The notes under the pieces were generated by a model. The model saw only the letters and a program-made list of their open reading frames with translations. It was not told where the DNA came from and ran no database searches. The position numbers and the translations under genes were made by a program. Shown here piece after piece: positions 1 through 9,020 of a stretch of DNA of 64,000 nt. The stretch comes from an uncultured Acidobacteriota bacterium. GTDB lineage: Bacteria > Acidobacteriota > UBA6911. Within the stretch, counting starts at the first letter, position 1. Each line of letters opens with the position of its first letter. The stretch covers positions 23,298-87,297 of the forward strand of contig CAWHCF010000019.1 in assembly GCA_963827655.1 (NCBI GenBank), given 5' to 3'.

Positions 1-42
1 AGGATTCGTCTCAGAGCGGATTTGCGTCCTGGCAATAAGTGG

Positions 43-1398
43 TCACGACCGGCCTGTCGGAATCGGCGCCGTGATTTCAGAAGATGAGAACTTGCGCCAC
101 AAAAGAAAAGCGATGAGCCCGGCCGCGATCAGCGCCAGACCCCCGACTACGTACTTCAAGCCGGAAGTGAAAAAAATGTAGAGCCATCCTGTCAGCGCAA
201 TCAAACTCGGCAGCGGATACCACCACATGCGAAACGAGGGAGGGTAGCCTGGCTGTGTTTTGCGAAGTATCGTCACGGCTGCAATCTGACCCAGGAACTG
301 AATCAGGATGCGAGCTGTTATGAGATAAGTGATGACGTCGACCAGCTCCAGGAAGCTGGCCATCAGAGTAATAAGTCCCAGGACAAGAACTGAAACGTGG
401 GGGAAATGCCCGGTCGGGTGCAGCTTGCCAAACACTCTGAAAAAGTACCCGTCCAGCGCGGCCGCGTATGGGATTCGAGAATACCCGACCAGTAACGCAA
501 AAATCGAGGCGAAGGCCGTCCACACGATCATTACCGTAACGGCGCCGCCGGCCCAGGGTCCATAGATGCGCTCCATGAAATCCGATGCGATGTATTTCGA
601 TTGCATGGCCTCGCGCCAGGGGATTACGCCGATGAAAGAGAGGTTCATCGTGGCATAAATGAGAGCTACTGCGATTACCGACAGGATGATTGCTTTCGGT
701 ATCACCCGCGCGGGGTTCTTTACTTCATCCCCGATGTAGCAAACGTCGTAGTAGCCGAGAAAGTCGTACATGGCAATCAGCATCGCGCCGCCCAGACCCA
801 CAAAAAAGCTCTGATTCAAGCTGAACGCGCCCGCGGGAAAGTCGAAAGCCCGGCCGGCATCAAAATGGAGCAGGCCCGACGCGATTATCCAGGTCACGGT
901 GACGATCATTCCCAACCAAAGAGTGACAGTGGCCCGCGCGATAAAGTTTATTCGCCGATAAAGCAGAAGCGTGGCGAGAATCGCCACGGTGGCGGCCACC
1001 CATTTGCCTTGCGCGGGACTCATCGACTTCCAAAAGTAGTTCACGTACATGGAAATCCCAATCGTGCCGGAAGCCAATTCGAGGGGCCCGCTCAGTATGA
1101 ATTGCCATATGAAGAGAAAAGGCATGGCCTTTCCGAAACGAAATCGCTCGTACGCCTTTTTCAAATACAGGTAGGTCCCGCCGGATCCCGGCATCGACGA
1201 AGAAAGCTCGGCCCACACCATGCCGTCGCTCATCGCAATAAGAACACCGACCAGCCAGCCCAGCATGCATTGTGGTCCTCCCATCGTCCCGATTATGATC
1301 GGAATAGTGATGAACGGTCCGATACCGACCATATTGGACATGTTGAGAGCGCTCGCATGGAGCAGCCCAAATCTCCGTTCAAGGCGGGGAGCTTCCAT
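43..1398 (-). CDS. APC-family amino acid permease
   Basis: 451 aa, many TM segments, N-terminal 'NMVGIGPF' and 'GSGGTYLYL' APC motifs. Confidence 0.88.
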   Translation of the reverse strand: MEAPRLERRFGLLHASALNMSNMVGIGPFITIPIIIGTMGGPQCMLGWLVGVLIAMSDGMVWAELSSSMPGSGGTYLYLKKAYERFRFGKAMPFLFIWQFILSGPLELASGTIGISMYVNYFWKSMSPAQGKWVAATVAILATLLLYRRINFIARATVTLWLGMIVTVTWIIASGLLHFDAGRAFDFPAGAFSLNQSFFVGLGGAMLIAMYDFLGYYDVCYIGDEVKNPARVIPKAIILSVIAVALIYATMNLSFIGVIPWREAMQSKYIASDFMERIYGPWAGGAVTVMIVWTAFASIFALLVGYSRIPYAAALDGYFFRVFGKLHPTGHFPHVSVLVLGLITLMASFLELVDVITYLITARILIQFLGQIAAVTILRKTQPGYPPSFRMWWYPLPSLIALTGWLYIFFTSGLKYVVGGLALIAAGLIAFLLWRKFSSSEITAPIPTGRS

Positions 1399-1476
1399 AT
1401 TGGTTTCTTCGGGTCTCAGCGTTCTGGTGATTGGTTTAAGCTCTGGCGCAGGCGTCGTCGCGTCACCGTCGTTCGA

Positions 1477-1893
1477 TCAGCTTGACTTGACGCGCCGCAT
1501 AGCCACGATCTGGCCCCGCCCGAAATCACGAAACCGGTCAAGTTTCTGGGCAATGGAGTGCGGAACCTCGGCCGACTCCACGAAACCCATAGGACGGAAA
1601 TAGTTCGGCATGTCGGTCGTAATCCAGACTTCGTTCGGAGCCCTCGAGATCAATTCATCAACGATCAGCGTCCCGATTCCCTGGTTGCGCCGGTCATGGA
1701 GCACACCGACGCAGCCGAGTTCGGTAGCGTCGGGATAGGGCTTGAGGCGTCCGAATCCCACCATGACGCCTGCATCTTCGACGATCACAAACTGACCAGG
1801 CTCCAGGTTCTCGTAATCGAGGTGAAATTCACCGATCATCCGGACGATGGCCGGCATGTCTCGGTTGGTTGCGTTTCGAACTGTCAGGGACAT
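1477..1893 (-). CDS. GNAT N-acetyltransferase (ArgA-like)
   Basis: 138 aa; acetyl-CoA motif 'ELGCVGVLHDRRNQGIG'. Confidence 0.8.
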   Translation of the reverse strand: MSLTVRNATNRDMPAIVRMIGEFHLDYENLEPGQFVIVEDAGVMVGFGRLKPYPDATELGCVGVLHDRRNQGIGTLIVDELISRAPNEVWITTDMPNYFRPMGFVESAEVPHSIAQKLDRFRDFGRGQIVAMRRVKSS

Positions 1894-1898
1894 ATTAG

Positions 1899-3089
1899 TT
1901 AGACGGCGCTCGCTTGCAGCGCTGAGAAATCGGCCAGGATTGTTTCGCGCTCCCCGCGGTCTACCGCGGCCCGGACCAGCCCGGCAACCTCGAAGACGCT
2001 CTCTGCCTGATCAACCTGCTCGAGGCGGGCCATCGTTTCCGGATGTCTGGGCACAAACATGGTGCAGCAATCCTGGTCCGGCAGAATGCTGATCTCGTAG
2101 GTCCCGATGGCGCGCGCTACTCGTATTATTTCTTCCTTGTCGTCTCCAATGAGCGGCCGAAAAATGGGAATGCTTGCCGCGGCCGACACCGCTCGCAGGT
2201 TATTGAGCGTTTGGCTGGCGACCTGTCCCAGGCTGTCGCCGGTCACCAGGGCAGCGGCTTTTTCCTTTGCCGCAATGACTTCGGCAATCCGCACCATGAA
2301 GCGGCGGTAAAGTACCACCCGCAGAGAGGGCGGAGCAAAGGCGACTATTTCTCTCTGGAGTTCGGCAAAGGGAACCATGTAAAGCCGCGACTCGAGCTGA
2401 TATCGCGAAAGAATCTGGATTATTCGACGGACCTTCTCCTGCGATTCGGCCGTGGTATGAGGAAAACTATGAAAATGCACATACATCATCTGGCAGCCAC
2501 GGCGCATGAGACGGTAAGCCGCCACTGGAGAGTCGATGCCTCCGGAAAGGAGACACATCACTCGACCGCCGCTGCGTGCCGGAAGTCCGCCGCCGCCGGC
2601 AATTTTTTCGAAGTACAGGTAGGCATGTTGGCCCACGAGCTCCACGTAGCAGGTTAGTTCCGGGTCATTCAATCGAACGGGAACGCCTGTAAGGTCGTGA
2701 ATGAAGGCGCCCAACTCCTGGTTCAATTGCTGCGAGTTCATCGGAAAATCTTTCGTTCCCCGGCGCGCTTCGATCTTGAAGGAGAGGAAGTTTCTTCCTT
2801 CCAACAGACGGAAGAGGGCCGAGCGGATTGAATCGAGATCGGCCGGAACCTGCCAGGCAAAAGCAAAGTTCGCTATTCCAAACGCGGTCTTGATCCGCTT
2901 CTCAATCTCGGAGACCGGCGAATCTTGGCCCAGACTTACGAACATCCGGCCGGCAAAGCGTTGGATCCCTTCGTGCGCGAGATCGCGCAGGAGAGCCTCC
3001 AGGTGCAGTTTCAGGCGATTCTCGAACCATCCTCGATTATTTTTCTTGAGGTTGATCTCATGGTAATGTATGAGAACAAATCGCTTCAT
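1899..3089 (-). CDS. thiI: tRNA 4-thiouridine synthase ThiI (short form, no rhodanese domain)
   Basis: 'HYHEINLK' N-terminus, THUMP region, PP-loop 'LLSGGIDSPVA', 'GDSLGQVASQT', 'DCC'; start moved to ATG at 3089. Confidence 0.93.
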   Translation of the reverse strand: MKRFVLIHYHEINLKKNNRGWFENRLKLHLEALLRDLAHEGIQRFAGRMFVSLGQDSPVSEIEKRIKTAFGIANFAFAWQVPADLDSIRSALFRLLEGRNFLSFKIEARRGTKDFPMNSQQLNQELGAFIHDLTGVPVRLNDPELTCYVELVGQHAYLYFEKIAGGGGLPARSGGRVMCLLSGGIDSPVAAYRLMRRGCQMMYVHFHSFPHTTAESQEKVRRIIQILSRYQLESRLYMVPFAELQREIVAFAPPSLRVVLYRRFMVRIAEVIAAKEKAAALVTGDSLGQVASQTLNNLRAVSAAASIPIFRPLIGDDKEEIIRVARAIGTYEISILPDQDCCTMFVPRHPETMARLEQVDQAESVFEVAGLVRAAVDRGERETILADFSALQASAV

Positions 3090-3279
3090 TAACACTGGAC
3101 TGATTTTCCCAGCACGGAATTTAACTGCAGTGGGGACCGGGAACCCGTGGGTCATCCGCCGAACTTGCCATTTTTCCCGCTCGCCCCTGGGCTGGTAAAA
3201 AAGAGAGCCGTATCTTAACCCATGGCAATAACGGCTTACAACGCTCCTCTTGATTTTTTGGCAGGATTCTTGTTGTTTC

Positions 3280-3345
3280 TTCGTGTCCTTGCGTCCTGGT
3301 GGTATTTGGTTAGCTGCCTGACCCCAAAGACGCCAAAGACACGAA
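3280..3345. repeat. Inverted pair of the dispersed ACCRCSAAGACGC repeat (hairpin)
   Basis: ttcgtgtccttgcgtcctggtggt ... accccaaagacgccaaagacacgaa; related copies at ~4212, 12186, 12648, 22713, 28647, 34845, 46488-46538. Confidence 0.75.
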
Positions 3346-3367
3346 CGCAAAACAGAAAGGAACATGC

Positions 3368-4198
3368 ATGCCCGAAAACAAAACCATGCTTGGAGCCCAG
3401 TGTCGAGCTGAGTTTCTCGGAACATTCATCTTGATCCTGGTGGGTGATGGAGCCGTTGCGGTGGATGTGTTCACCGGTTCGCTGGGTTTGTGGGGCGTTG
3501 CGATGCTTTGGGGCCTGGGGGTTACGCTCGGCGTTTATGCAGTCGGGGCGGTCTCCGGCGGGCATCTGAATCCCGCCGTCACCGTGACCCTGGCATTATT
3601 CCGGGGTTTTCCGCGCCGCAAGATCGCTCCTTACATATTGAGTCAGATCCTGGGGGCGGCCGCCGCCGCCGCAACCCTTTGGGTTTTCTGGTATGGATTC
3701 TGGGCGGTCAAGGCAAGCGCGCTGGGAGTTGAGATTGGCCGCGAGGGAAGTCAGAAACTGGCCATGGTTTTCTGTTGTTTTTATCCCAACCCGGGTATTG
3801 TCGGCGCGACAGCGGCCGACCTGGCGAAGGTGTCGACGGGTCAGGCCTTCTTTGTCGAAGCAGTCCTCACGATGTTTCTGTTGCTCATGATACTTGCCCT
3901 GGTCGATGAGAGAAGCTCGGGAATACCCCTGTCTAATCTGGCTCCCCTCTTCATCGGGTTCACGGTGGCTGTTATAGTGGGGATCGCGTCACCGCTGACG
4001 ATGGACGCCGTGAATCCAGTGCGCGATTTCGGCCCGCGGCTCCTGGCATGGCTGGTCGGTTTCGGATCCATTGCGTTTCCGGGGCCCCGAGGCAATGAAT
4101 GGTGGCTTTACATTCTCGCTCCAATGCTCGGGGGAATCCTCGGGGGAATAATCTACGATGCTGTGGTACGGCGCTTTCTCCCGGGCAAATCGCAGTAG
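3368..4198 (+). CDS. MIP/aquaglyceroporin family channel
   Basis: 'SGGHLNPAVT' and second 'NPVRDFGPR' motif (Asp after NPx is the glycerol-facilitator type). Confidence 0.92.
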   Translation: MPENKTMLGAQCRAEFLGTFILILVGDGAVAVDVFTGSLGLWGVAMLWGLGVTLGVYAVGAVSGGHLNPAVTVTLALFRGFPRRKIAPYILSQILGAAAAAATLWVFWYGFWAVKASALGVEIGREGSQKLAMVFCCFYPNPGIVGATAADLAKVSTGQAFFVEAVLTMFLLLMILALVDERSSGIPLSNLAPLFIGFTVAVIVGIASPLTMDAVNPVRDFGPRLLAWLVGFGSIAFPGPRGNEWWLYILAPMLGGILGGIIYDAVVRRFLPGKSQ

Positions 4199-4246
4199 CG
4201 CCGCCAAAACCACCACCAAGACGCCTGGGAATCATCCTCTGTTATC

Positions 4247-5287
4247 ATGCAATCTCCTGAATCACTCCCGGCGCCGCGCACACGCCGGGAGTTTTTCGTG
4301 CAATGTTCACTGGCCGGCGCGGGTCTTGCGGTTCTTCAAGAGCAGGAGCCCAAGGCAACCCGGCAATCGGCGCTCGCCCTGGCCAAGAATAAGGAACGAG
4401 GCGAAGCCCTCGACGCCGCTTTATCGCTATTGGGTGCGATCGATTTCGAGGGAAAAGATGTTTACCTGAAGGCGAACTTCAACAGCCCGGATCCTTTTCC
4501 GGCCACGACGCACCCGGAAACTCTCGCCGGCGTGGTACGCCATCTTCGCCAACGAAACTGCGCCCGTGTGATCCTCGTGGAGCGCAGCGGAATGGGAAGG
4601 ACGCGCGACGTCTGGCGAAAGCTTGGGGTCCCGGATCTGGCCAAGCGGCTGGATCTGAGCCTGGTCGCCCTGGACGAGATTCCTTCCGAGACCTGGCGTC
4701 ACGAAGAACTTAAAAATTCGCATTGGAAGCGTGGCGTCGAAGTTCCCAACCTGTTGAATGCCGAGACCTGCGTCGTTCAAATTTGCAATCTAAAGACCCA
4801 TCGGTTCGGCGGGCATTTCAGCGCCAGTCTAAAGAACTCGCTGGGTTTAATTGCCAAGTATTCATCCCAGCCTCCCCGTTACAACTACATGACCGAGTTG
4901 CACTCCTCCCCCGACCAGCGCTCGATGATCGCGGAAGTAAACCAAATCTACGCGCCTCATCTGGTCGTCATGGACGCAATACAGGCTTTCGTGAATGGCG
5001 GACCTGAGCGCGGCGACATGGCCTACCCCGAAATGATAGCGGCTTCACGAGACAGGGTCGCGATCGACGCTGCCGGTGTGGCTGTGCTTCGCCTCCACGG
5101 AGCGGGTCCTCCGCTCAGTCGCGGGACCGTTTTCGACCAGGAGCAGCTCAAGCGCGCCGTCGAGCTTGAGCTCGGGGCAAAATCGGTCCAGGAGATCCAG
5201 TTTCTGACCTCAGACGACCCGGGGCGCCGACTCGCCGCGCAAATCACCGCCAGCCTGGAGACGGCTCCGAAGGACAAGAAACCGTGA
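4247..5287 (+). CDS. DUF362-domain protein with Tat-like signal
   Basis: 'TRREF' twin-arginine motif; 'TTHPE', 'LKTH...SASLKN' DUF362 motifs. Confidence 0.8.
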   Translation: MQSPESLPAPRTRREFFVQCSLAGAGLAVLQEQEPKATRQSALALAKNKERGEALDAALSLLGAIDFEGKDVYLKANFNSPDPFPATTHPETLAGVVRHLRQRNCARVILVERSGMGRTRDVWRKLGVPDLAKRLDLSLVALDEIPSETWRHEELKNSHWKRGVEVPNLLNAETCVVQICNLKTHRFGGHFSASLKNSLGLIAKYSSQPPRYNYMTELHSSPDQRSMIAEVNQIYAPHLVVMDAIQAFVNGGPERGDMAYPEMIAASRDRVAIDAAGVAVLRLHGAGPPLSRGTVFDQEQLKRAVELELGAKSVQEIQFLTSDDPGRRLAAQITASLETAPKDKKP

Positions 5288-5730
5288 ACCATTCCAGACG
5301 CCGGACGCCCGCCTGCCTTAAAAATATTCAGGCCCGACGCAACTTTTTCCTTGAACCTGGGTTTGAGTAAGCGAGGTTCAGTCCATTCTGCGGGGCTGGG
5401 GTCCATTCCGTAAGGAGACCCATGGGGAGATGGGGGATCCAGGCCCCGCGTCCAATCCCTCTCCGCCGGCGATATTCGTTGGCGCCAGACTTTTTGCGTT
5501 GGAAAATACCAGTCTTTTGGCCCCTCTTAACCGCGCAATTTGGTGCCTGTCAACGAATTTCGTAGACCTTCCGCTGGCCTGCTAACTACCGCCGCGTCCT
5601 CCAGGCGTAAACGTTCTTCGTCTGTTTTAGTAACACTTTCGAAATAAATCTTACTGGATGTCGTATCTGTTAATAACCCTGGCGATGTAGTGGCTAGCAG
5701 TTGGACGTTAACCTTTGCAGGGATGGACGT

Positions 5731-6099
5731 ATGATGAAAAAAGACTTGAATTCAATGCTGCTAACCCGCCAAGAGCTGCAAATAATGAGAGTAGTGTGGG
5801 AGCGCAGCGAGGCCACCGTGCGAGACGTTTGTGAGGTAATCTCCCGGAAGAAAAAGACCGCGTACACCACGATCCTGACTCTTATGGGAATTCTCGAAGC
5901 TAAGGGAGCATTGACCCACGTTCGCTCCGGGCGGGCCTATGTCTACCGGCCGATTCTGTCACGCGACCAGGCCACCAGCAATCAGGTCAACGATGTGATA
6001 GAAAGGTTCTTTGACGGCGACGCCGACAGACTCGTCGACTATGTGCGCGAAAATGGGTCGGTTCAAGCCTGCATGGCGGTTTCTGGTTCGAGGATCTAG
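5731..6099 (+). CDS. BlaI/MecI/CopY family transcriptional repressor
   Basis: 'LTRQELQIMRVVW', 'AYTTILTLMGILEAKG', 'GRAYVYRP'. Confidence 0.9.
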   Translation: MMKKDLNSMLLTRQELQIMRVVWERSEATVRDVCEVISRKKKTAYTTILTLMGILEAKGALTHVRSGRAYVYRPILSRDQATSNQVNDVIERFFDGDADRLVDYVRENGSVQACMAVSGSRI

Positions 6100-7073
6100 G
6101 TTGTCGGCGCGTAGTATCCGCGACGGTAACGCATTTTCAGGCCCTTTTCAGCCAGTTTGACCTCCACCTTTCGGTAGCCGCCATCTCTCTGGGTGTTGCT
6201 GGACAGGTAGCCAAGATTATACTGGCTTCGAAGCTCCTGGCTGATATGCTGGAAAGCCTCCTCGAGTTCCTCGACCTTGAAAGGAAAGAAAACCTTTCCG
6301 CCGGTTTCTTCGGCCAGCTGCTCCAGGACCCGATCCCCGGTCTTGCTTGAGCCGACTCCAAAGAATCCGCCCCGGCTGACACTGATCGCAAATATCGTGG
6401 CTTCGGCCTTCAGCGCCATCTGCAGCGCCTCTTCGTAGCTGTGTTTGCTGGCACTGTCTTCGCCGTCCGAGAGTAGAACGACAGTCTTGCGTCCCATCTC
6501 TCGAATCAGTTTCTCATCACAGGCGAGGTAGATCGCATCGTACAGTGCCGTCCCACCAGCCGCGCGCAAGGTCTTGATTTGTTTTGCCAGCTTGTTCGCG
6601 TCGCTGGTGAAATCCTGAACCATGGTCACGCCGGAATCGAACTCGACCAGCATGGCGCGATCCTTGTCCTTCAATACGCTGAAGAAAAAGTTCGTAGCAG
6701 CTTCCTGCTCAAATTTCAGCTTGGGAGCCACGCTCTGACTGGTATCGATCAGAAGGGCTATCGTCAGCGGCACATTCATGTCGCGGCTGAAGTTTTTGAT
6801 CTCCTGCCTCCGGTTGTCTTCGTAAATCGCAAAGTTCTCGCGAGTCAAAGTAGTTACGAAAGCATTCGTCTTCTGGTCCCAGACCGAGCAGAAAATATTG
6901 ACCAGGTCGACACTGACCCGGTAAGTCTGATCCGAGATTCGGGACGAAGGCTGCTCCTGGGTCCCAGGCGTCGTTTTGTTGGGTTGTTCCTGGCTCGAGC
7001 CGGACTTGATGTGGGAGAGAGGTGTGAGCCCGAGCAGTAAGGCCAGGAGAAGCCGATTGTATCGATGGATCAT
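6096..7073 (-). CDS. VWA-domain protein (acidobacterial VWFA-related type), secreted
   Basis: Signal peptide, MIDAS-like 'DTSQS', 'TALYDAI', 'LLSDGED', C-terminal 'RRGYYAP'. Confidence 0.88.
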   Translation of the reverse strand: MIHRYNRLLLALLLGLTPLSHIKSGSSQEQPNKTTPGTQEQPSSRISDQTYRVSVDLVNIFCSVWDQKTNAFVTTLTRENFAIYEDNRRQEIKNFSRDMNVPLTIALLIDTSQSVAPKLKFEQEAATNFFFSVLKDKDRAMLVEFDSGVTMVQDFTSDANKLAKQIKTLRAAGGTALYDAIYLACDEKLIREMGRKTVVLLSDGEDSASKHSYEEALQMALKAEATIFAISVSRGGFFGVGSSKTGDRVLEQLAEETGGKVFFPFKVEELEEAFQHISQELRSQYNLGYLSSNTQRDGGYRKVEVKLAEKGLKMRYRRGYYAPTT

Positions 7074-7268
7074 GGCGTCTTCCCTTTTTTACAGTTCGAC
7101 GTGAAGTTCTTTGGTTCGACGGTTGGATTATAAGGAGAGCTGGAAGGCCAGTCAAGGCACCGGGAGTCCCGCCCACCGGGACGGGTTTGACGAAGCAAGC
7201 CCAAAGGGCGCGTGTTTTCGAGTGCGCCAGCTTGAAATGCCGAAGATGCGGCGCTTTCACCAAGCTCC

Positions 7269-8216
7269 TCAGGATTCCAATTGAGTAAGGAGAGCGGCAA
7301 GTTCCAGGGGCACGGCTGCTGAAAAGCTGACCAGCTGCCCCGAACGCGGATGGCGAAACTCGAGCTTGTGAGCGTGGAGAAAATGCCGTTCCAGACTGCC
7401 AATGGCCTTCCGGAGCCTTTCGTCTTTCAAAGCTCGGCTGCGATCCCCACCATACAGCGTGTCTCCCACCACCGGATGGCCGATGTGTGACAGGTGGACG
7501 CGGATCTGATGCGTCCTTCCGGTCTCTATCCGCACCTTCAGGAGCGACAGCGGTCCGTAGTCTCTCTCCACATGGTAGTGAGTGATCGCACTGCGATGCC
7601 GCCGTGCCCGAGCCGAGATCTTCTTCCGGTTCTTCGGATCGCGCCCGAGTGGGAGATCGATCGTGCCCGTCGCTGGAACGGGCCTTCCATACACGAGAAC
7701 GGTATATTCCTTCCTGACCTTTCTCCCCTTGAACTGCTCAGACAGAATCCTATGAGTCTCCCGATTCTTTGCCACCATCATCAGACCGCTCGTCTGTTTG
7801 TCCAGACGATGCACGATTCCCGGACGGGCAGGGTCTCCTCCTTCAAGCGGGCCTAAACGATAGAGCAGGGCGTTAACCAGAGTTCCGGAACGAACGCCGG
7901 CGCCCACGTGACACACCAGGCCCGCCGGTTTTTCAATGACCGCCAGATCGGTATCCTCATACACCACCGTGATCGGAATGTCTTCCGGATGAGGCTGGGC
8001 GGGGGGCGTCGTCTGCGGGTTCAGGGTTATTTGATCGCCCGGGCGCAAGGCGTAACCCGTCTTGGCTTGTAATCCATTGACGCGAATCTGTCCGCCACGA
8101 ATCCAGACTTGGATCTGCGATCGGCTCTGATCCGGGACCTGTTGCGTCAGATAGCGATCGAGTCTTCCTGGGACCTCGCCCGCCTGAACGATCCAACGGC
8201 GCGCGATTTCCTCCAT
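7269..8216 (-). CDS. rluD: RluA-family (RluD-like) 23S rRNA pseudouridine synthase
   Basis: S4 domain, 'GIVHRLDKQTSG', 'TGRTHQIRVH'. Confidence 0.88.
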   Translation of the reverse strand: MEEIARRWIVQAGEVPGRLDRYLTQQVPDQSRSQIQVWIRGGQIRVNGLQAKTGYALRPGDQITLNPQTTPPAQPHPEDIPITVVYEDTDLAVIEKPAGLVCHVGAGVRSGTLVNALLYRLGPLEGGDPARPGIVHRLDKQTSGLMMVAKNRETHRILSEQFKGRKVRKEYTVLVYGRPVPATGTIDLPLGRDPKNRKKISARARRHRSAITHYHVERDYGPLSLLKVRIETGRTHQIRVHLSHIGHPVVGDTLYGGDRSRALKDERLRKAIGSLERHFLHAHKLEFRHPRSGQLVSFSAAVPLELAALLTQLES

Positions 8217-9010
8217 CAGGCCGCCGGCGCCTCCCTGGTGCGTTGGCGCAGGAAGTAAAAGGCGGCCAGGGCTCCGACGATGGTGAGGATTCCAATGAAT
8301 TGAGACGTGGAGAGCAAACCTCCGAACAGAAACCCTCGATCATCGTCACGGAAGAACTCTATTATGAAGCGAAACACCGAATAGAGGACCAGATACTCCA
8401 GGATTATCTGCCCCGTAAAGTGCTTGCGTGAAAGACGCCACATCAAGTACAGGAACAACAGCAAGGTGGCAAGAGATTCATAGAGCTGGGTCGGGTGAAG
8501 CGGCGTATTCAGCGGCACGCCGACGTTATCATAAGCATACCGGTCGGTGAAGGTGATTCCCCAGGGCATCTGAGTCGCCTTGCCGTAGCAACATCCGGCC
8601 GAAAGGCACCCGAGCCGCCCGATCGCCTGACCCAAGGCGATGCCGGGCGCGGCCAGGTCGGCGATGGTCCATCCCGGAAGCCCGGTCTTGCGCAAATAGA
8701 TTGCCGAAGCAGCCAGCGCCAGGAGTAACCCGCCGTAGTAGACGCCGGCCGAACGAAGGGTTGAGAGTGAAAAAATCTCGCGCGGATTTTGAGAATAGTA
8801 GGAGAAATCCGAGAGAAAGAGAAGAACCTTGGCGCCGACCAGCGCCGAGAAGATGATGATCAATCCGAGATTCCAGATCTTATCCGGATCTAATCCTTCC
8901 TTTCGCGCATTGCGGCTCGTGAGCCAGATACCGGCGATAAAGGCCAGAGCCAGAAGCAAACCGTATGTGTGAATTGTTACAGGGCCAAGGTCTACGATTT
9001 TGGGGTACAT
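8216..9010 (-). CDS. lgt: Prolipoprotein diacylglyceryl transferase
   Basis: 'GQAIGRLGC', 'HPTQLYE', 'RFIIEFFR'. Confidence 0.94.
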   Translation of the reverse strand: MYPKIVDLGPVTIHTYGLLLALAFIAGIWLTSRNARKEGLDPDKIWNLGLIIIFSALVGAKVLLFLSDFSYYSQNPREIFSLSTLRSAGVYYGGLLLALAASAIYLRKTGLPGWTIADLAAPGIALGQAIGRLGCLSAGCCYGKATQMPWGITFTDRYAYDNVGVPLNTPLHPTQLYESLATLLLFLYLMWRLSRKHFTGQIILEYLVLYSVFRFIIEFFRDDDRGFLFGGLLSTSQFIGILTIVGALAAFYFLRQRTREAPAA

Positions 9011-9020
9011 GAGTTGGGCG

